Part shown: in pieces, positions 26,557 through 37,395 of the stretch
Layout of the letters: every line of letters begins with the position of its first letter
Numbering within the stretch: the stretch's first letter is position 1
Source: Coleofasciculus sp. B1-GNL1-01
GTDB taxonomy: Bacteria > Cyanobacteriota > Cyanobacteriia > Cyanobacteriales > Coleofasciculaceae
Direction: 5' to 3' (one strand)
NCBI GenBank assembly: GCA_040220235.1
Contig: JAVJTO010000040.1
Length of the DNA stretch: 55,189 bases
Program-made: the position numbers and the translations under genes
The notes under the pieces: model-generated
Seen by the model: only the letters and a program-made list of their open reading frames with translations
Database searches by the model: none
Told to the model about the DNA's origin: nothing

Positions 26557-27648
26557 TCACTTAGAATTTCCCAATGGAGGTTGACTCGGACGCCACCGCT
26601 TTTTTTCTTGCCGTTGTTTCCAGTCCCGAATGGCAATCGCCTCTTTTGCGGCGGGAGTGCGATAACCCTTGCGGCTACTTTCATCTTGATTGGCTGAGGT
26701 GCTAGTTTTCGGGTGGGGTTGTTTGACTAAATACTGCGCCAGATCATCGTAGGGTGATTTAAAATTCAGGTCTTGCAGAATGTGCCGAACTGAATGATAA
26801 CGATTCGTCAGTGATACATTTGTCATTTTCCGCAGCACTTGAGTCAAAGGCTGACTGATATGCACCAAGCGTTCCCAGTATAAGGCACCCGTTTGGCGAT
26901 CGCTGTGCAAGTCTAGAGGCGCTTTTCCGGTTAGCAGGTAAAGACAGGTCATTCCTAGGGCGTAGATATCACTGGCAAATACCGGGCGCAGCGAAAACTG
27001 TTCGGGTGGGGCAAATCCGACGGTGCCGATAAAATGAGTTGAGGCGAGTTTCATGCTACTGTCTAGGGCTTGCACCAACTTTTCCTTGACCGCACCGAAG
27101 TCAATCAACACCAATCGACCATCATCTTCACAGCGGATAATATTTTGTGGCTTGATATCTCGGTGAATCACGTTATTGCGGTGAATGTAGTCGAGTAGGG
27201 GTAGCATTTCCGCCAAAAACTGTCTGGCGGCTACCTCAGAGAAACGACCACTGCGCCTGACTAGCCGCGCTAAGGTGGAACCCTGGACGTATTCCTGAAC
27301 TAAAAAAAATTCCTCCCCAGTCTCAAAGTAATCGAGTAACATGGGGATCTGAGAGTGACTACCCAGTTTGCCGAGACTTTTTGCCTCTCGTTCAAAACGC
27401 TGACGAGCATTCTCCAAGGCTTTCGAGTCATCAACTTTGGGGCAAAGTTGCTTAATCACACACAGGGGTTGACCCGGTAACCCAGCATCTTTGGCGAGAA
27501 AGGTCACACCAAACCCACCGCGACCCAACATTCGCAAGATCTCATAGCGATCGCAAAAGAGTTCATTTTGACCGCAAAGCTGACCAAGTTGGGTTTGCTG
27601 TAAAATTTCCGAGTGGAAGGAAGACAGGTTTCCCGGCGCAAAATTCAT
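26557..27648 (-). CDS. Soluble Ser/Thr protein kinase (Pkn2-type)
   Basis: LGRGGFG, VIKQL, HRDIKPQN, DFG and APPEQ. Confidence 0.95.
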   Translation of the reverse strand: MNFAPGNLSSFHSEILQQTQLGQLCGQNELFCDRYEILRMLGRGGFGVTFLAKDAGLPGQPLCVIKQLCPKVDDSKALENARQRFEREAKSLGKLGSHSQIPMLLDYFETGEEFFLVQEYVQGSTLARLVRRSGRFSEVAARQFLAEMLPLLDYIHRNNVIHRDIKPQNIIRCEDDGRLVLIDFGAVKEKLVQALDSSMKLASTHFIGTVGFAPPEQFSLRPVFASDIYALGMTCLYLLTGKAPLDLHSDRQTGALYWERLVHISQPLTQVLRKMTNVSLTNRYHSVRHILQDLNFKSPYDDLAQYLVKQPHPKTSTSANQDESSRKGYRTPAAKEAIAIRDWKQRQEKKRWRPSQPPLGNSK

Positions 27649-27848
27649 TTTTCCAGAATCAGATGGTACAAGCTCTCCAGCCTGTTCTTAGTTTAGGCAA
27701 AGATCTTATCTTTCTTCAAATTTACACGACGCCCCGATAAGTGGCACAATAGATATTTCCTATTCATGAATAAATGTAGGCGACCTGAGCGATTAATTTC
27801 GACAAAAATAAACGATAGATCGTTAGTATATAGAACAGACGTGCAACG

Positions 27849-28598
27849 ATGACTATGCATCCAAAACTACAAAAAGCTTTTGAACACCGCCAAGTCCTCA
27901 AGGTTATTAGTGGCTTGAATAACTTTGACTCCCAACGGGTGAGTGCTACCGTTAAGGCAGCAGATCGGGGTGGTGCGACGTTTGTCGATATCGCCGCTGA
28001 TCCAGATTTGATTCGCCTTGTAAAAGGGTTGACAAATCTGCCAATTTGTGTTTCTGCTGTGGAACCCCATCGATTTGTCAGTGCAGTGGAAGCCGGAGCT
28101 GATTTGATTGAAATCGGGAATTTCGATAGCTTCTACGCCCAAGGGCGGCGGTTTGAGGCAGCAGAGGTTTTAGCCTTGACCCAACAGACGCGATCGCTCT
28201 TGCCTGATATTACCCTATCCGTTACTGTTCCGCATATCCTGACATTAGATCAGCAAGTGGAACTGGCACAAGAACTGGTGCAAGCCGGGGCAGATATTAT
28301 TCAAACCGAAGGCGGTACGAGCAGTCAGCCTCGTTCGGCGGGAACCTTGGGCTTGATTGAAAAAGCCGCTCCCACCTTAGCCGCTGCATCGGAAATTTCT
28401 CGCGCCGTATCTGTACCTGTACTCTGTGCTTCTGGCTTATCCAGTGTCACCGTACCTATGGCAATTGCCGCAGGCGCAGCTGGTGTTGGCGTGGGTTCGG
28501 CGGTGAATCAGTTGGACAACGAAGTGGCGATGGTTGCAGCTGTCCGCAGTTTGGTGGAAGCTTTGGCAACGGTTAACCTGACACGAATAGGCGTTTAA
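27849..28598 (+). CDS. ycf23: DUF561 / Ycf23 family protein
   Basis: LKVISGLNNFD, EIGNFDSFY and IIQTEGG. Confidence 0.9.
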   Translation: MTMHPKLQKAFEHRQVLKVISGLNNFDSQRVSATVKAADRGGATFVDIAADPDLIRLVKGLTNLPICVSAVEPHRFVSAVEAGADLIEIGNFDSFYAQGRRFEAAEVLALTQQTRSLLPDITLSVTVPHILTLDQQVELAQELVQAGADIIQTEGGTSSQPRSAGTLGLIEKAAPTLAAASEISRAVSVPVLCASGLSSVTVPMAIAAGAAGVGVGSAVNQLDNEVAMVAAVRSLVEALATVNLTRIGV

Positions 28599-28834
28599 GT
28601 CATTCGAGTTCCCTCCCCTTGACAAGGGGAGGGTTAGGGAGGGGTTAATTGTTACCCTCTTTATCCCTAGGACATCAGTCAAGAAACCGGGTTTCTTTGG
28701 GTGAAAGCTTGATATTTCATTGTTATCCTTACGAGAAACCCGGTTTCTAGGAATAATAAAATTAGACAACCAAACTGCATAAGCTCAGTGAGTTGAGAAA
28801 TACGGATGGGTGGACTGAATACATCTATCCTGCG

Positions 28835-29839
28835 ATGAAACTAAACCTGTTGACCATTGCTGTCTTGCTGACTCCCCTCTGCTTAAGCCTTTCAGCTCAA
28901 GCAGAAAACCCTGAACACCTCAAGGAATTCTTAGAAACCCAAGAATGTATTGAATGTGATTTGAGTGGTGCGAATCTCAGTGGTGCAGAACTTCGGGGTG
29001 CTAATTTAGCCGGATCAAATCTCGCTGGCGCGAACTTCAGCAATGCAGATTTAACTAAAGCTTACTTGGTGAATGCGAATCTTCAGGATGCTAATTTGCA
29101 TTCTGCTCGTTTGGTCGATGTTAATATGGCAAGAGTTAATTTGAACGATGCTGATTTGAGTGAGGCTAATTTAAAAGGGAGTAATCTCGAACGGGCAACT
29201 CTAGAAAATGCTAATCTCAGCAAAGCCAATTTGGATGCGCGGAGAACCAGTCGAACGCTTCTCTCCTCTGCTAACTTTAAAAATGCAGATCTCAGTAATG
29301 CGTCTTTGAGAGGTGCTTGGTTAATGGCAGCTAATCTGGAAGGAGCCAATCTCACGGAAGCAAATCTGAGTAGTGATATCTACAAAGAAGCTAACATGGT
29401 CTATACCCATCACACCAATTTAATTGGTGCAAATTTAGTCAATGCAAATCTAACTGGGGCAAGTTTGGTTCATGCTTTTTTAGTCGATGCAAATCTAGTT
29501 AATGTAAGTCTAACTGGGGCAAATCTGAGCCATGCTTTTTTAGTCAATGCCAAGCTCATCAACGCCAACCTGAGCAATACTGACTTAGAAAATGCTAACT
29601 TGGAGAATGCTAATCTAACGGGGGCTAACCTCAGTAATGCCAATCTGCTTAAGGCTTTCTTGGTGAAAACAAATTTGAGTGAGGCGAATTTGAATTCTGC
29701 TCGTCTTGTGGATATTAACATGAGTGGCGCTAATCTCAATGGTGCTGATTTAAGTGATGCTGAGTTGAGAAAATCGAATTTATGTGGGGTGACAATGCCA
29801 GATGGTTCTACCTCGAATACAGGTTGTGAAGCCAGTTAA
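28835..29839 (+). CDS. Secreted pentapeptide-repeat protein
   Basis: Signal peptide MKLNLLTIAVLL...AQA, C..C cap, then A(N/D)Lxx repeats. Confidence 0.93.
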   Translation: MKLNLLTIAVLLTPLCLSLSAQAENPEHLKEFLETQECIECDLSGANLSGAELRGANLAGSNLAGANFSNADLTKAYLVNANLQDANLHSARLVDVNMARVNLNDADLSEANLKGSNLERATLENANLSKANLDARRTSRTLLSSANFKNADLSNASLRGAWLMAANLEGANLTEANLSSDIYKEANMVYTHHTNLIGANLVNANLTGASLVHAFLVDANLVNVSLTGANLSHAFLVNAKLINANLSNTDLENANLENANLTGANLSNANLLKAFLVKTNLSEANLNSARLVDINMSGANLNGADLSDAELRKSNLCGVTMPDGSTSNTGCEAS

Positions 29840-29966
29840 CCGTTGGGGTTAACGACTTAATTTCTTTTCCTTCAACTTCGCTAGAAGGGCGGGTTTAGTC
29901 ACGTTATCGGTTTGAGTCCAACCTTGATCGATCAAACCTGCCCCTACAGCCAATAGGCAACAACTA

Positions 29967-29985
29967 AAAATAATTCGCAATAACT
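29967..29985. promoter_or_regulatory. Possible cyanobacterial Fur box upstream of the P1B ATPase
   Basis: AAAATAATTCGCAATAACT resembles AT-rich FurA sites as I recall them; pattern match only. Confidence 0.35.
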
Positions 29986-30169
29986 TATATGATAGACAAT
30001 CTTGTAATTTTACTATACAATCAACAAAAAATATCTAAAATTTCATAAAAATTGTTGAATTATCAACTAATATCTTAATAATTTGTGAATAAAAATTGCC
30101 AACTCTGAATTAACCGTCCTGAACGTTTTATAGTAGAAAGGTCTAACGACCAATCAACAGTGCTGAGGC

Positions 30170-32485
30170 ATGAGTATGGTAAATCTGGACACCCGATGGG
30201 ACGCGATCGCAAGCTACGCCAATTACACAAGTTATGATAACTCCAATAATTTCAATAGGGCAAAGCCATCAGGGAAGAAGGCTGTGTCTGGGAGAAACCC
30301 TTGTCGCGTAGTGCATTCGATTCCTGGACGGGTGCGATTTCGCGTGCCTCGGTTGGTGGATGATGCTGATTATGCCCAGAGGCTAGAAGCATTGATGGCG
30401 TCTCAGGATGGGGTGAAAATGGTGCGTATTCGTCGCGCCGCCGCGTCTATGGTGATTGGCTATGAGAATCAGCAGCTATCTGACGTTCAGATGCATCGGG
30501 TGTTGCTGACGTTGATTAAAACCTCTGGACGTAAGGCAGAAGGCAGAGGTAGTCCCCTGTACCCGGACAAGGAGAAGATTTCCCCGGTTGATGAGAGTCC
30601 AGAGGAGACGACGGAGGACAGTGAATGGTCCGAATTGAAACGTCCCGCCTTAGCTACTCTCCTCGCCCTATTAGCCGGTCCATTACGCCTTCCCATTCCT
30701 CAATCGCTGGTGGCGGGTTCTGTCGCCGTGGCGGGGTTACCTGTGGCGAAACGTGCCATCGCCAGTTTGCTGGGAGAACGTCGCCTCACGATTGATAGCT
30801 TGGATTTGGTGGCAATTACGCTATCCTCAATCCAGGGAAACTGGTTGACACCTGCCCTGATGATGACACTGCACGAATTAGGGGATATCATCCGCGATCG
30901 CACCGCCCGTTCGTCTCAGGCTCAAGCCACGGATTTACTCGATTCTATCGGACAATATGCTTGGATGGAGTGTAATGGGGAAACACAGCAGGTTCCATTG
31001 ACTCAGGTACAGCCTGGGGATACCGTGATAGTCTATCCCGGCGAACAAATTCCTGTTGATGGCATGGTGTTGCGGGGAAATGCCACGATTGATCAGCAGA
31101 AACTCACCGGGGAATCGATGCCTGTGGTACGAGAAGCTGGACAAACCGTCTATGCATCCACATTAGTGCGATCGGGTGAATTGTATATCAAAGTGGAACG
31201 GGTTGGTGCTGATACCTGTGCGGGTGCGAGTATTCAGTTGGTTAAGCAAGCCCCTGTCCATGATACGCGCATGGAAAATTATGCGGCACAACTGGCAGAA
31301 CGGTCAATTATGCCTGCGTTTCTCTTAGCCAGTGGGGTGTGGGCAATTACTCGGAATCCGGCTAGGGCAGCCTCTATCCTCACCCTGGACTTTGTTACCG
31401 GGATGCGCGTCTCCATTCCCACCACCTTTCTCGCCGCCCTCACCCATGCTACGCGCCATGGTATTTTAGTCCGTTCAGGACGGGCATTGGAACAACTTGC
31501 CCAGGTGGATACGATTGTTTTCGATAAGACGGGAACGTTAACTCAGGGGAATATTCAAGTTGTCGCCGTGGAAACCGTCACCAATCGCTTGTCAGCACAA
31601 CGTATCTTAGAACTTGCAGCAGCAGCGGAACAACGGTTGACTCATCCAGTGGCGGAAGCGGTGATGCGTTACGTGGAGGAACAGGGTATTGATGTCTTAC
31701 CCCGGGGTGAGTGGCATTTTGAAGTCGGATTAGGTGTGCAGGCGGAAATTGACGGTGAGAGAGTCTTAGTAGGAAGCGATCGCTTTTTGCGGCAAGCTGG
31801 AATTGATGTAGATTGTTTTTATGATCAACATCCCTGTTGTCGTGAATCGTCGGAATGTCAGCAAGATTGTCCGATTTCCGCTGATTCGTCGCTAATTTAT
31901 GTGGCATGTGAGGATGAATTCCAAGGGGTGATTCAATATAAAGATCCCTTGCGAACAGAAAGTCGCCGGGTGATTCATCAGTTGCAGCATGAGTATGGCA
32001 TGGAGATTCATCTGTTAACCGGGGATAGCCAAACGAAAGCCGTCGCCGTGGCGCAGGAGTTAGAGATTCCCTTGTCTCAGGTTCACGCCGAAGCCTTCCC
32101 CCAAACGAAAGCCGAGGTGGTGCATCGGTTAAAAGAAGCCGGGAAAACGGTGGCGTTTACCGGGGATGGGTTAAATGATTCCGTGGCGCTGGCGTATGCA
32201 GATGTGTCGATTTCCTTTGGTGATGGTTCAGCGGTGGCACGGGAAACAGCAGATGTGGTGTTGATGGAGAATGACTTAGCCAGTTTACTCGATGCGATCG
32301 CGATCGGCAAACAAACTCTGGCAATTGTCAAGCAGAATACCGCCTTGGCGGTTACGCCTAATGTAGCGGCGTTGGGATTGGCGTCAACGGTGGGGCTTCA
32401 TCCCTTGGTTGCCACAGGGGTGCATAATGGAAGTGCGATCGTTGCTGGGTTAAATGCACTACGACCTTTAATGCATCGGGATTAG
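30170..32485 (+). CDS. Heavy-metal P1B-type ATPase with N-terminal HMA2-like domain
   Basis: HSIPGRVR, LTGES, DKTGT, THP and GDGLND; DFVTG replaces the usual CPC motif. Confidence 0.92.
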   Translation: MSMVNLDTRWDAIASYANYTSYDNSNNFNRAKPSGKKAVSGRNPCRVVHSIPGRVRFRVPRLVDDADYAQRLEALMASQDGVKMVRIRRAAASMVIGYENQQLSDVQMHRVLLTLIKTSGRKAEGRGSPLYPDKEKISPVDESPEETTEDSEWSELKRPALATLLALLAGPLRLPIPQSLVAGSVAVAGLPVAKRAIASLLGERRLTIDSLDLVAITLSSIQGNWLTPALMMTLHELGDIIRDRTARSSQAQATDLLDSIGQYAWMECNGETQQVPLTQVQPGDTVIVYPGEQIPVDGMVLRGNATIDQQKLTGESMPVVREAGQTVYASTLVRSGELYIKVERVGADTCAGASIQLVKQAPVHDTRMENYAAQLAERSIMPAFLLASGVWAITRNPARAASILTLDFVTGMRVSIPTTFLAALTHATRHGILVRSGRALEQLAQVDTIVFDKTGTLTQGNIQVVAVETVTNRLSAQRILELAAAAEQRLTHPVAEAVMRYVEEQGIDVLPRGEWHFEVGLGVQAEIDGERVLVGSDRFLRQAGIDVDCFYDQHPCCRESSECQQDCPISADSSLIYVACEDEFQGVIQYKDPLRTESRRVIHQLQHEYGMEIHLLTGDSQTKAVAVAQELEIPLSQVHAEAFPQTKAEVVHRLKEAGKTVAFTGDGLNDSVALAYADVSISFGDGSAVARETADVVLMENDLASLLDAIAIGKQTLAIVKQNTALAVTPNVAALGLASTVGLHPLVATGVHNGSAIVAGLNALRPLMHRD

Positions 32486-32643
32486 TCATTGTTTGTAGTA
32501 GGCACTTTAGTGCCAAGGCTTTAATGGTTATGTCCTGATGATTGCTGCTTCAGCAACGATAGGCGTAAAACCCGCCCCTACACAACAAATGTAGAGACGT
32601 TGCATGCAACGTCTCTACATCCGTAAGGTGAGCGAGATAGGCG

Positions 32644-33147
32644 TTAAAACTTATCGGTTTCAGAGGGTGAACTGCCTCCTCCGGGTTTGGTAAGGAATAA
32701 GTTATCCTCTACCTCATTCTGATAGATACATTCAATTTCTGGATTACCTTCCAAGGGACCGGTGAAGCCAAAGGTATTCATCCGATTTTTACAGGATTTC
32801 ACTTGATCCGAAGTAACCAGGTTCCGTTTCTCTAAAATTGCCCAGTTGTTCCGGCGCAAAACACATCCGGGGCGCATACTCGGCTGGGTGACGTAAACGT
32901 TGAAGGGGTTGAGGGTCACAAAAACCCGCATATCGGTGACCATCGCGCTGGCACCGTACTGGATACATAATTCCGGATTGGGCGCACTGCGGTCAATAGC
33001 TTCACGGGATGCTACATTTTCCAGATTGGGACTGGCGGTGGAACTAAAGGCGATACCAACGCCAATTCCCAGGATAAAAATCCCGCCGAGAATGGCTAGG
33101 GTGGTGGCATTGAGAATGGAAGCGATAGGGTTCGGTCGGCGTCTCAT
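32644..33147 (-). CDS. DUF3172 family protein
   Basis: N-terminal TM; C.QYGASA, FVTLNPF, PGCVLR.NNW and CK.RMNTFGF. Confidence 0.85.
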   Translation of the reverse strand: MRRRPNPIASILNATTLAILGGIFILGIGVGIAFSSTASPNLENVASREAIDRSAPNPELCIQYGASAMVTDMRVFVTLNPFNVYVTQPSMRPGCVLRRNNWAILEKRNLVTSDQVKSCKNRMNTFGFTGPLEGNPEIECIYQNEVEDNLFLTKPGGGSSPSETDKF

Positions 33148-33413
33148 AAGGGTTAAATCAACGTTGCTAAAATTACCAGGGAGGGATTAGGGGGATATAA
33201 AATACCAGAAGTTAGGTTCAGTTTTCAGACACTATACAGGAACTAAGTATATTGTATCGGGAATAATGGCTTCTCTATAAGCATACCCATGGAACAATCC
33301 CGCGAGCATTACCACCAATAGCCAAGCCTAAAATCCCTAAACCCGCCCCTACACATTCAAAACTCAAAACCATGCCCAAGGGATGAAGTGAAGGGTCAAA
33401 CCTCAAAACGTTC

Positions 33414-34523
33414 TCATTGCTGATTTGCCATCACAAAGTTAGAGAAACTGAGTTGATTCACCTGATGCCATTGGTAAATCTGTTCGCGAAAGCCTTTCCA
33501 CTGCTCGTAAACCTCTTTAAACGTACTATCTTGAGCAGCATTCTCCTCATATATCTCAAAGGATGCCTTCTGCGCTGCCTGCATAATCTCTTGAGAATAG
33601 GGCGTCAGCTTCACCCCAGCCTCCAGCAGTTTTCCTAGGGCTTGTTGATTTAAGGCATCATACCGAGTCTGCATGTTCAGATTAGCGTCCATGGCTGCCG
33701 TTTTAAAGACTTCCTGATACTCCGTGGGCAATTTATCCCACTCTGCCTTATTCACCTGCACTTCTAAGGTGGCTCCTGGTTCCCACCAACCGGGATAGTA
33801 GTAGAGTTGAGCTGCTTGATGCAAGCCGAGTTTCTCGTCATCATAGGGACCCACCCATTCAGCCGCGTCAATCGCCCCCCGTTCTAATGCCAGGTAAATC
33901 TCGCCACCGGGTAACACTTGTGCGTTGACCCCTAATCGGGACATCACGTCACCGCCTAACCCAGGAATCCGCATGGTCAAACCCTGGAGTTCCGCCACCG
34001 AGTTAACTTCTCGCTTAAACCAGCCGCCCATCTGAGTTCCCGTATTCCCCGCCGGAAAGTTAATCACGCCGAAGTCACTATAAAGCTTGTGCATTGCCTC
34101 TAAACCACCGCCGTGATATAACCAGGCGTTCTGTTGTTGGGCGTCTAAACCAAAGGGAACAGCCGTGCCAAATGCCAAAGCTGGGTTTTTGCCGATGTAA
34201 TAATAGCTGGCGGTGTGACCACATTGCACCGTGCCAGTTTGTACCGCATCTAGCACCTGCAATCCGGGGACAATTTCACCAGCAGCAAAGGGCTTAATCG
34301 TGAAACGTCCATTGGTCATTTCACTGACACGCTGGCTGATGGTTTCTGCGCCGCCAAAAATAGTATCCAACGATTGGGGCCAACTCGTTGCCATGCGCCA
34401 TCGAATTCTGGGTTGGCTACCGCTTTGCGCCCCTGAATTAGTGGCAGTTGGGCGACACCCCGCGAGGGCGGCGGTGCCTGTTGCACCAATGACAGCATTC
34501 CCGACAAATTTTCTGCGTTTCAT
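33414..34523 (-). CDS. TRAP transporter substrate-binding protein (TakP/DctP-like, Tat lipoprotein)
   Basis: MKRRKF twin-arginine signal, LAGC, WRMATSWP, QMGGWF and EWVGPYDD. Confidence 0.92.
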   Translation of the reverse strand: MKRRKFVGNAVIGATGTAALAGCRPTATNSGAQSGSQPRIRWRMATSWPQSLDTIFGGAETISQRVSEMTNGRFTIKPFAAGEIVPGLQVLDAVQTGTVQCGHTASYYYIGKNPALAFGTAVPFGLDAQQQNAWLYHGGGLEAMHKLYSDFGVINFPAGNTGTQMGGWFKREVNSVAELQGLTMRIPGLGGDVMSRLGVNAQVLPGGEIYLALERGAIDAAEWVGPYDDEKLGLHQAAQLYYYPGWWEPGATLEVQVNKAEWDKLPTEYQEVFKTAAMDANLNMQTRYDALNQQALGKLLEAGVKLTPYSQEIMQAAQKASFEIYEENAAQDSTFKEVYEQWKGFREQIYQWHQVNQLSFSNFVMANQQ

Positions 34524-34753
34524 GAGTTTGCGCGTTGCACCAAATTGATTACGGGTTCCCAAAGTCTCTGCCTGGGATTTTAGTAATCTGGAATACTTTC
34601 TCTCTGCAAGCCCTGATTCTATCAGAGTGAGTCGCCTTTTGAATAAAAAATAATCGGCATCATGTAGAGACGCGCCACGGCACGTCTCCAGTCTACTTTA
34701 AGCCATACTCGACCCAGTTTCGTAACCCATACAAATTTCTATAATTTATGCTG

Positions 34754-35503
34754 TTATATTTTATACAACTGAGCAATCATTTCTGCTGAAACATTTGTAG
34801 CTAAACTATCAAATAAAATTTTTCCCATTTTTAATCCAATAATTCGCTGATAATACCTCAGGGCAAAATCAACCGAATGTAGGCTAGTAACCAAAGTCTT
34901 ACCGCCCTGTTCACTCATTTGACATAGCAACTCTATTATCTCTCGACTCAACTCCGGATCAAGACTAGAAATGGGTTCATCGGCTAAAATAACTAAGGGA
35001 TTTTGTATGAGAACTCGCGCTAATGCCACTCGCTGCTGTTGTCCACCAGAGAGTTGATCAGTGCGGGTGTAAAGTTTATCCGGAATTCCTACTTGAGTTA
35101 ACGCTTGATGCGCTGTTTCTATCTCTAACGGAAACAATAGTGATAAAGCGGCTTTAAACAATGACCACCGTCCTAAATGTCCAGCATTAACATTGTGAAT
35201 CACTCGCAGATTATCCACTAAATGAAACTGCTGATAGACTGTACCAATTTGCCGTTGCACTTGGCGTAATCTCCGAGTCGATAGCTGGGAAAGATTGTAC
35301 CCTAATGCCCAAATTTCTCCTTGGGTGGGTTGTAGTGTCCCATTCAACAAACGCAATAGGGTGCTTTTTCCCGCCCCACTTGACCCAACTAACGCCACCC
35401 GTTCGCCAGGGTAAAGCGTGAGATTAATCTCCGTTAGGGCGGTCAATCGACCAAATTGCTGAGTTACACCTTTTAGCTGGAAAATTGGCGACGAATCGCT
35501 CAT
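34754..35503 (-). CDS. Phosphonate-type ABC transporter ATP-binding protein (PhnC-like)
   Basis: [18 protein letters not shown] and [12 protein letters not shown]. Confidence 0.9.
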   Translation of the reverse strand: MSDSSPIFQLKGVTQQFGRLTALTEINLTLYPGERVALVGSSGAGKSTLLRLLNGTLQPTQGEIWALGYNLSQLSTRRLRQVQRQIGTVYQQFHLVDNLRVIHNVNAGHLGRWSLFKAALSLLFPLEIETAHQALTQVGIPDKLYTRTDQLSGGQQQRVALARVLIQNPLVILADEPISSLDPELSREIIELLCQMSEQGGKTLVTSLHSVDFALRYYQRIIGLKMGKILFDSLATNVSAEMIAQLYKI

Positions 35504-36417
35504 TTAATTTTGCCAATTTGACGACCGACTTTTTCAATTTGTGCGTAATTGGAATTTTCTGTGGGAATAAATTTATCAGCCCCAAATAAGTCTAAAATTT
35601 CTTGGTGTTCAGGGTTATTCGGGTCAAGCTGGAGTAAGGCGGCTTGCACTTTCTGGGAAAAATCTTCGTCATAGCGTGACTTAGCATCGGGATGAATCAC
35701 CCAATGATAATCATAATAGGTTGGCGTTTCCCAAATCACATCCACTTTATTTAAATCCACGTCTCCCGCTTCCACGCGGCTTTTCCAGACTTGAGAATTT
35801 AATGCCCCCGCCTGATAACTCCCGGCTTCAACCAGTTGAATTGTGGTATCATGAGAACCGGAAAAACCGACCTCTCCCTGGAAATCTTCTGGTGTCACCC
35901 CGGCTTGTTCCAGAAAATACTGAGGCATTAACCGCCCTGATGTGGAGGATTCACTGCCAAAGGTAAAGGTTGATCCTTTTAATTTGGATAATTCTTGGAT
36001 ATCCTGAATCGGTTGTAGTCCACTATTTTTATTAGCAATAAATACACTGGTAAATTCAGCATCAATATCCCGTTGGACGATCGCCTCTGCGCCTTCAACC
36101 TGCGATCGCGCCTGTACGCCAGTTAAGCCGCCAAACCAAACCAGATCGAGATCCCCTACCCGAAACGCTGTCACCGCCGCTGCATAGTCGGTTACAGGTT
36201 TATATTCGACGGGTACACCTAACTCCGTTTCCAGGTAATTTGCCAACTTGTCATACAGCCGTTGCAACTTTTCCGGATCTTGATCAGGAATCGCCCCAGC
36301 GATTAAGGGTTCAACGGTTGTCTCATCCGCTGTTTCAGATGCTGGAGAACAAGCTACTAGCGGAGATAGCAGGAACAGCAGCAACCCTGATACTAAAACG
36401 TTTTTTAACGATGCCAT
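35500..36417 (-). CDS. PhnD-like (putative selenate/phosphonate) ABC substrate-binding lipoprotein
   Basis: Lipobox LVAC; AIPDQ, WFGGLTGVQA and STSGRLMP. Start may be 36417 or 36435. Confidence 0.88.
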   Translation of the reverse strand: MASLKNVLVSGLLLFLLSPLVACSPASETADETTVEPLIAGAIPDQDPEKLQRLYDKLANYLETELGVPVEYKPVTDYAAAVTAFRVGDLDLVWFGGLTGVQARSQVEGAEAIVQRDIDAEFTSVFIANKNSGLQPIQDIQELSKLKGSTFTFGSESSTSGRLMPQYFLEQAGVTPEDFQGEVGFSGSHDTTIQLVEAGSYQAGALNSQVWKSRVEAGDVDLNKVDVIWETPTYYDYHWVIHPDAKSRYDEDFSQKVQAALLQLDPNNPEHQEILDLFGADKFIPTENSNYAQIEKVGRQIGKIK

Positions 36418-36658
36418 AGGCTGAATCCATAACATTATTTATCCAAGACAAATTTTAGCAGTAGGCATGGTGTACGGTGTGCGATCGCGCTTTCGATGCT
36501 GGTAGATTTGGTTTGTAGTAAGGGAACCTTAGCCCTTAATTGTACGGGTTTCTTGTGCAGAATGCTAATCCATCTTGCTTAGGTGTGGCGTAACCCAGCT
36601 AAAATCGTGCAATAGATTTTACTGTTAAATCGGGCGCATGTCAGTCACCCGTGTCAAC

Positions 36659-37393
36659 TTAAGCTCTTTTAAATTCATTTATCCAGGAATCTCGCAACTC
36701 ATTGACTCCCTGGCAATCTAATCCAGAACAGTAGCGAAGACGCTGCGATGCTCGTTGTAAGTTATCTCGCAAATTAGCATCATTACTGATTCCATCTGCC
36801 ATATCAATATAAATTGTTTGCAGCAAAGCCGGATTATCTTTATACATTGGAGTTGGAGTAGGGGAAAAGTCATCAAATACAGGTTGAAGTTCCGGGAACA
36901 GAAAGTAGGACTCCTTATAGATAAACCCTGTCACCCAGATCTGATGATTGGTTGCATTCTTAGGATTAACCTTTGCTTGTGTATACAAATCCTTAAAAAT
37001 TGCCTCTGTGTCTGGGAACAGATAATCATCAATGGTTTTAAGTTGCAAGTCTAAATCCACAATCGCAAACAGCTTTTCTGGACTTAAATAGGAGTTAGTG
37101 CTATCTTTATCGTGTAACTGTAATAACGTGAAGTAAGTATCAAGTACATCTGTGCGATCGCCACAATTGAAAAATTCAGGTCGATAGTTCCGCCACCACT
37201 TAGGAACACAGGCATTATAAAAGTTAGCATCTGGCATTTGTGCCATTCTTCGATAAGATTGAGGTGATGGTCTACCCTTCAGATCCCAGACACCCCCTTT
37301 ACCTTCACAGAGAACAACTATTTTATTCCTAATTCTGCGAGAATTAAGAATTATTTTACAGTGGCGTTGTAACTGTTCTGGACTAAAACTCAT
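36659..37393 (-). CDS. TOPRIM-like putative nuclease (OLD/DUF4435-like), partner of the upstream ATPase
   Basis: VVLCEG, CGDRTDV, IVDLD and YKESYF; separated from the ATPase stop by 2 nt. Confidence 0.65.
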   Translation of the reverse strand: MSFSPEQLQRHCKIILNSRRIRNKIVVLCEGKGGVWDLKGRPSPQSYRRMAQMPDANFYNACVPKWWRNYRPEFFNCGDRTDVLDTYFTLLQLHDKDSTNSYLSPEKLFAIVDLDLQLKTIDDYLFPDTEAIFKDLYTQAKVNPKNATNHQIWVTGFIYKESYFLFPELQPVFDDFSPTPTPMYKDNPALLQTIYIDMADGISNDANLRDNLQRASQRLRYCSGLDCQGVNELRDSWINEFKRA

Positions 37394-37395
37394 GT

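Noticed and set aside
29083..29739. Antisense ORFs within the pentapeptide gene, and similar short shadow ORFs inside other long genes
   Set aside because: They are explained by codon periodicity of the real gene on the opposite strand or frame.
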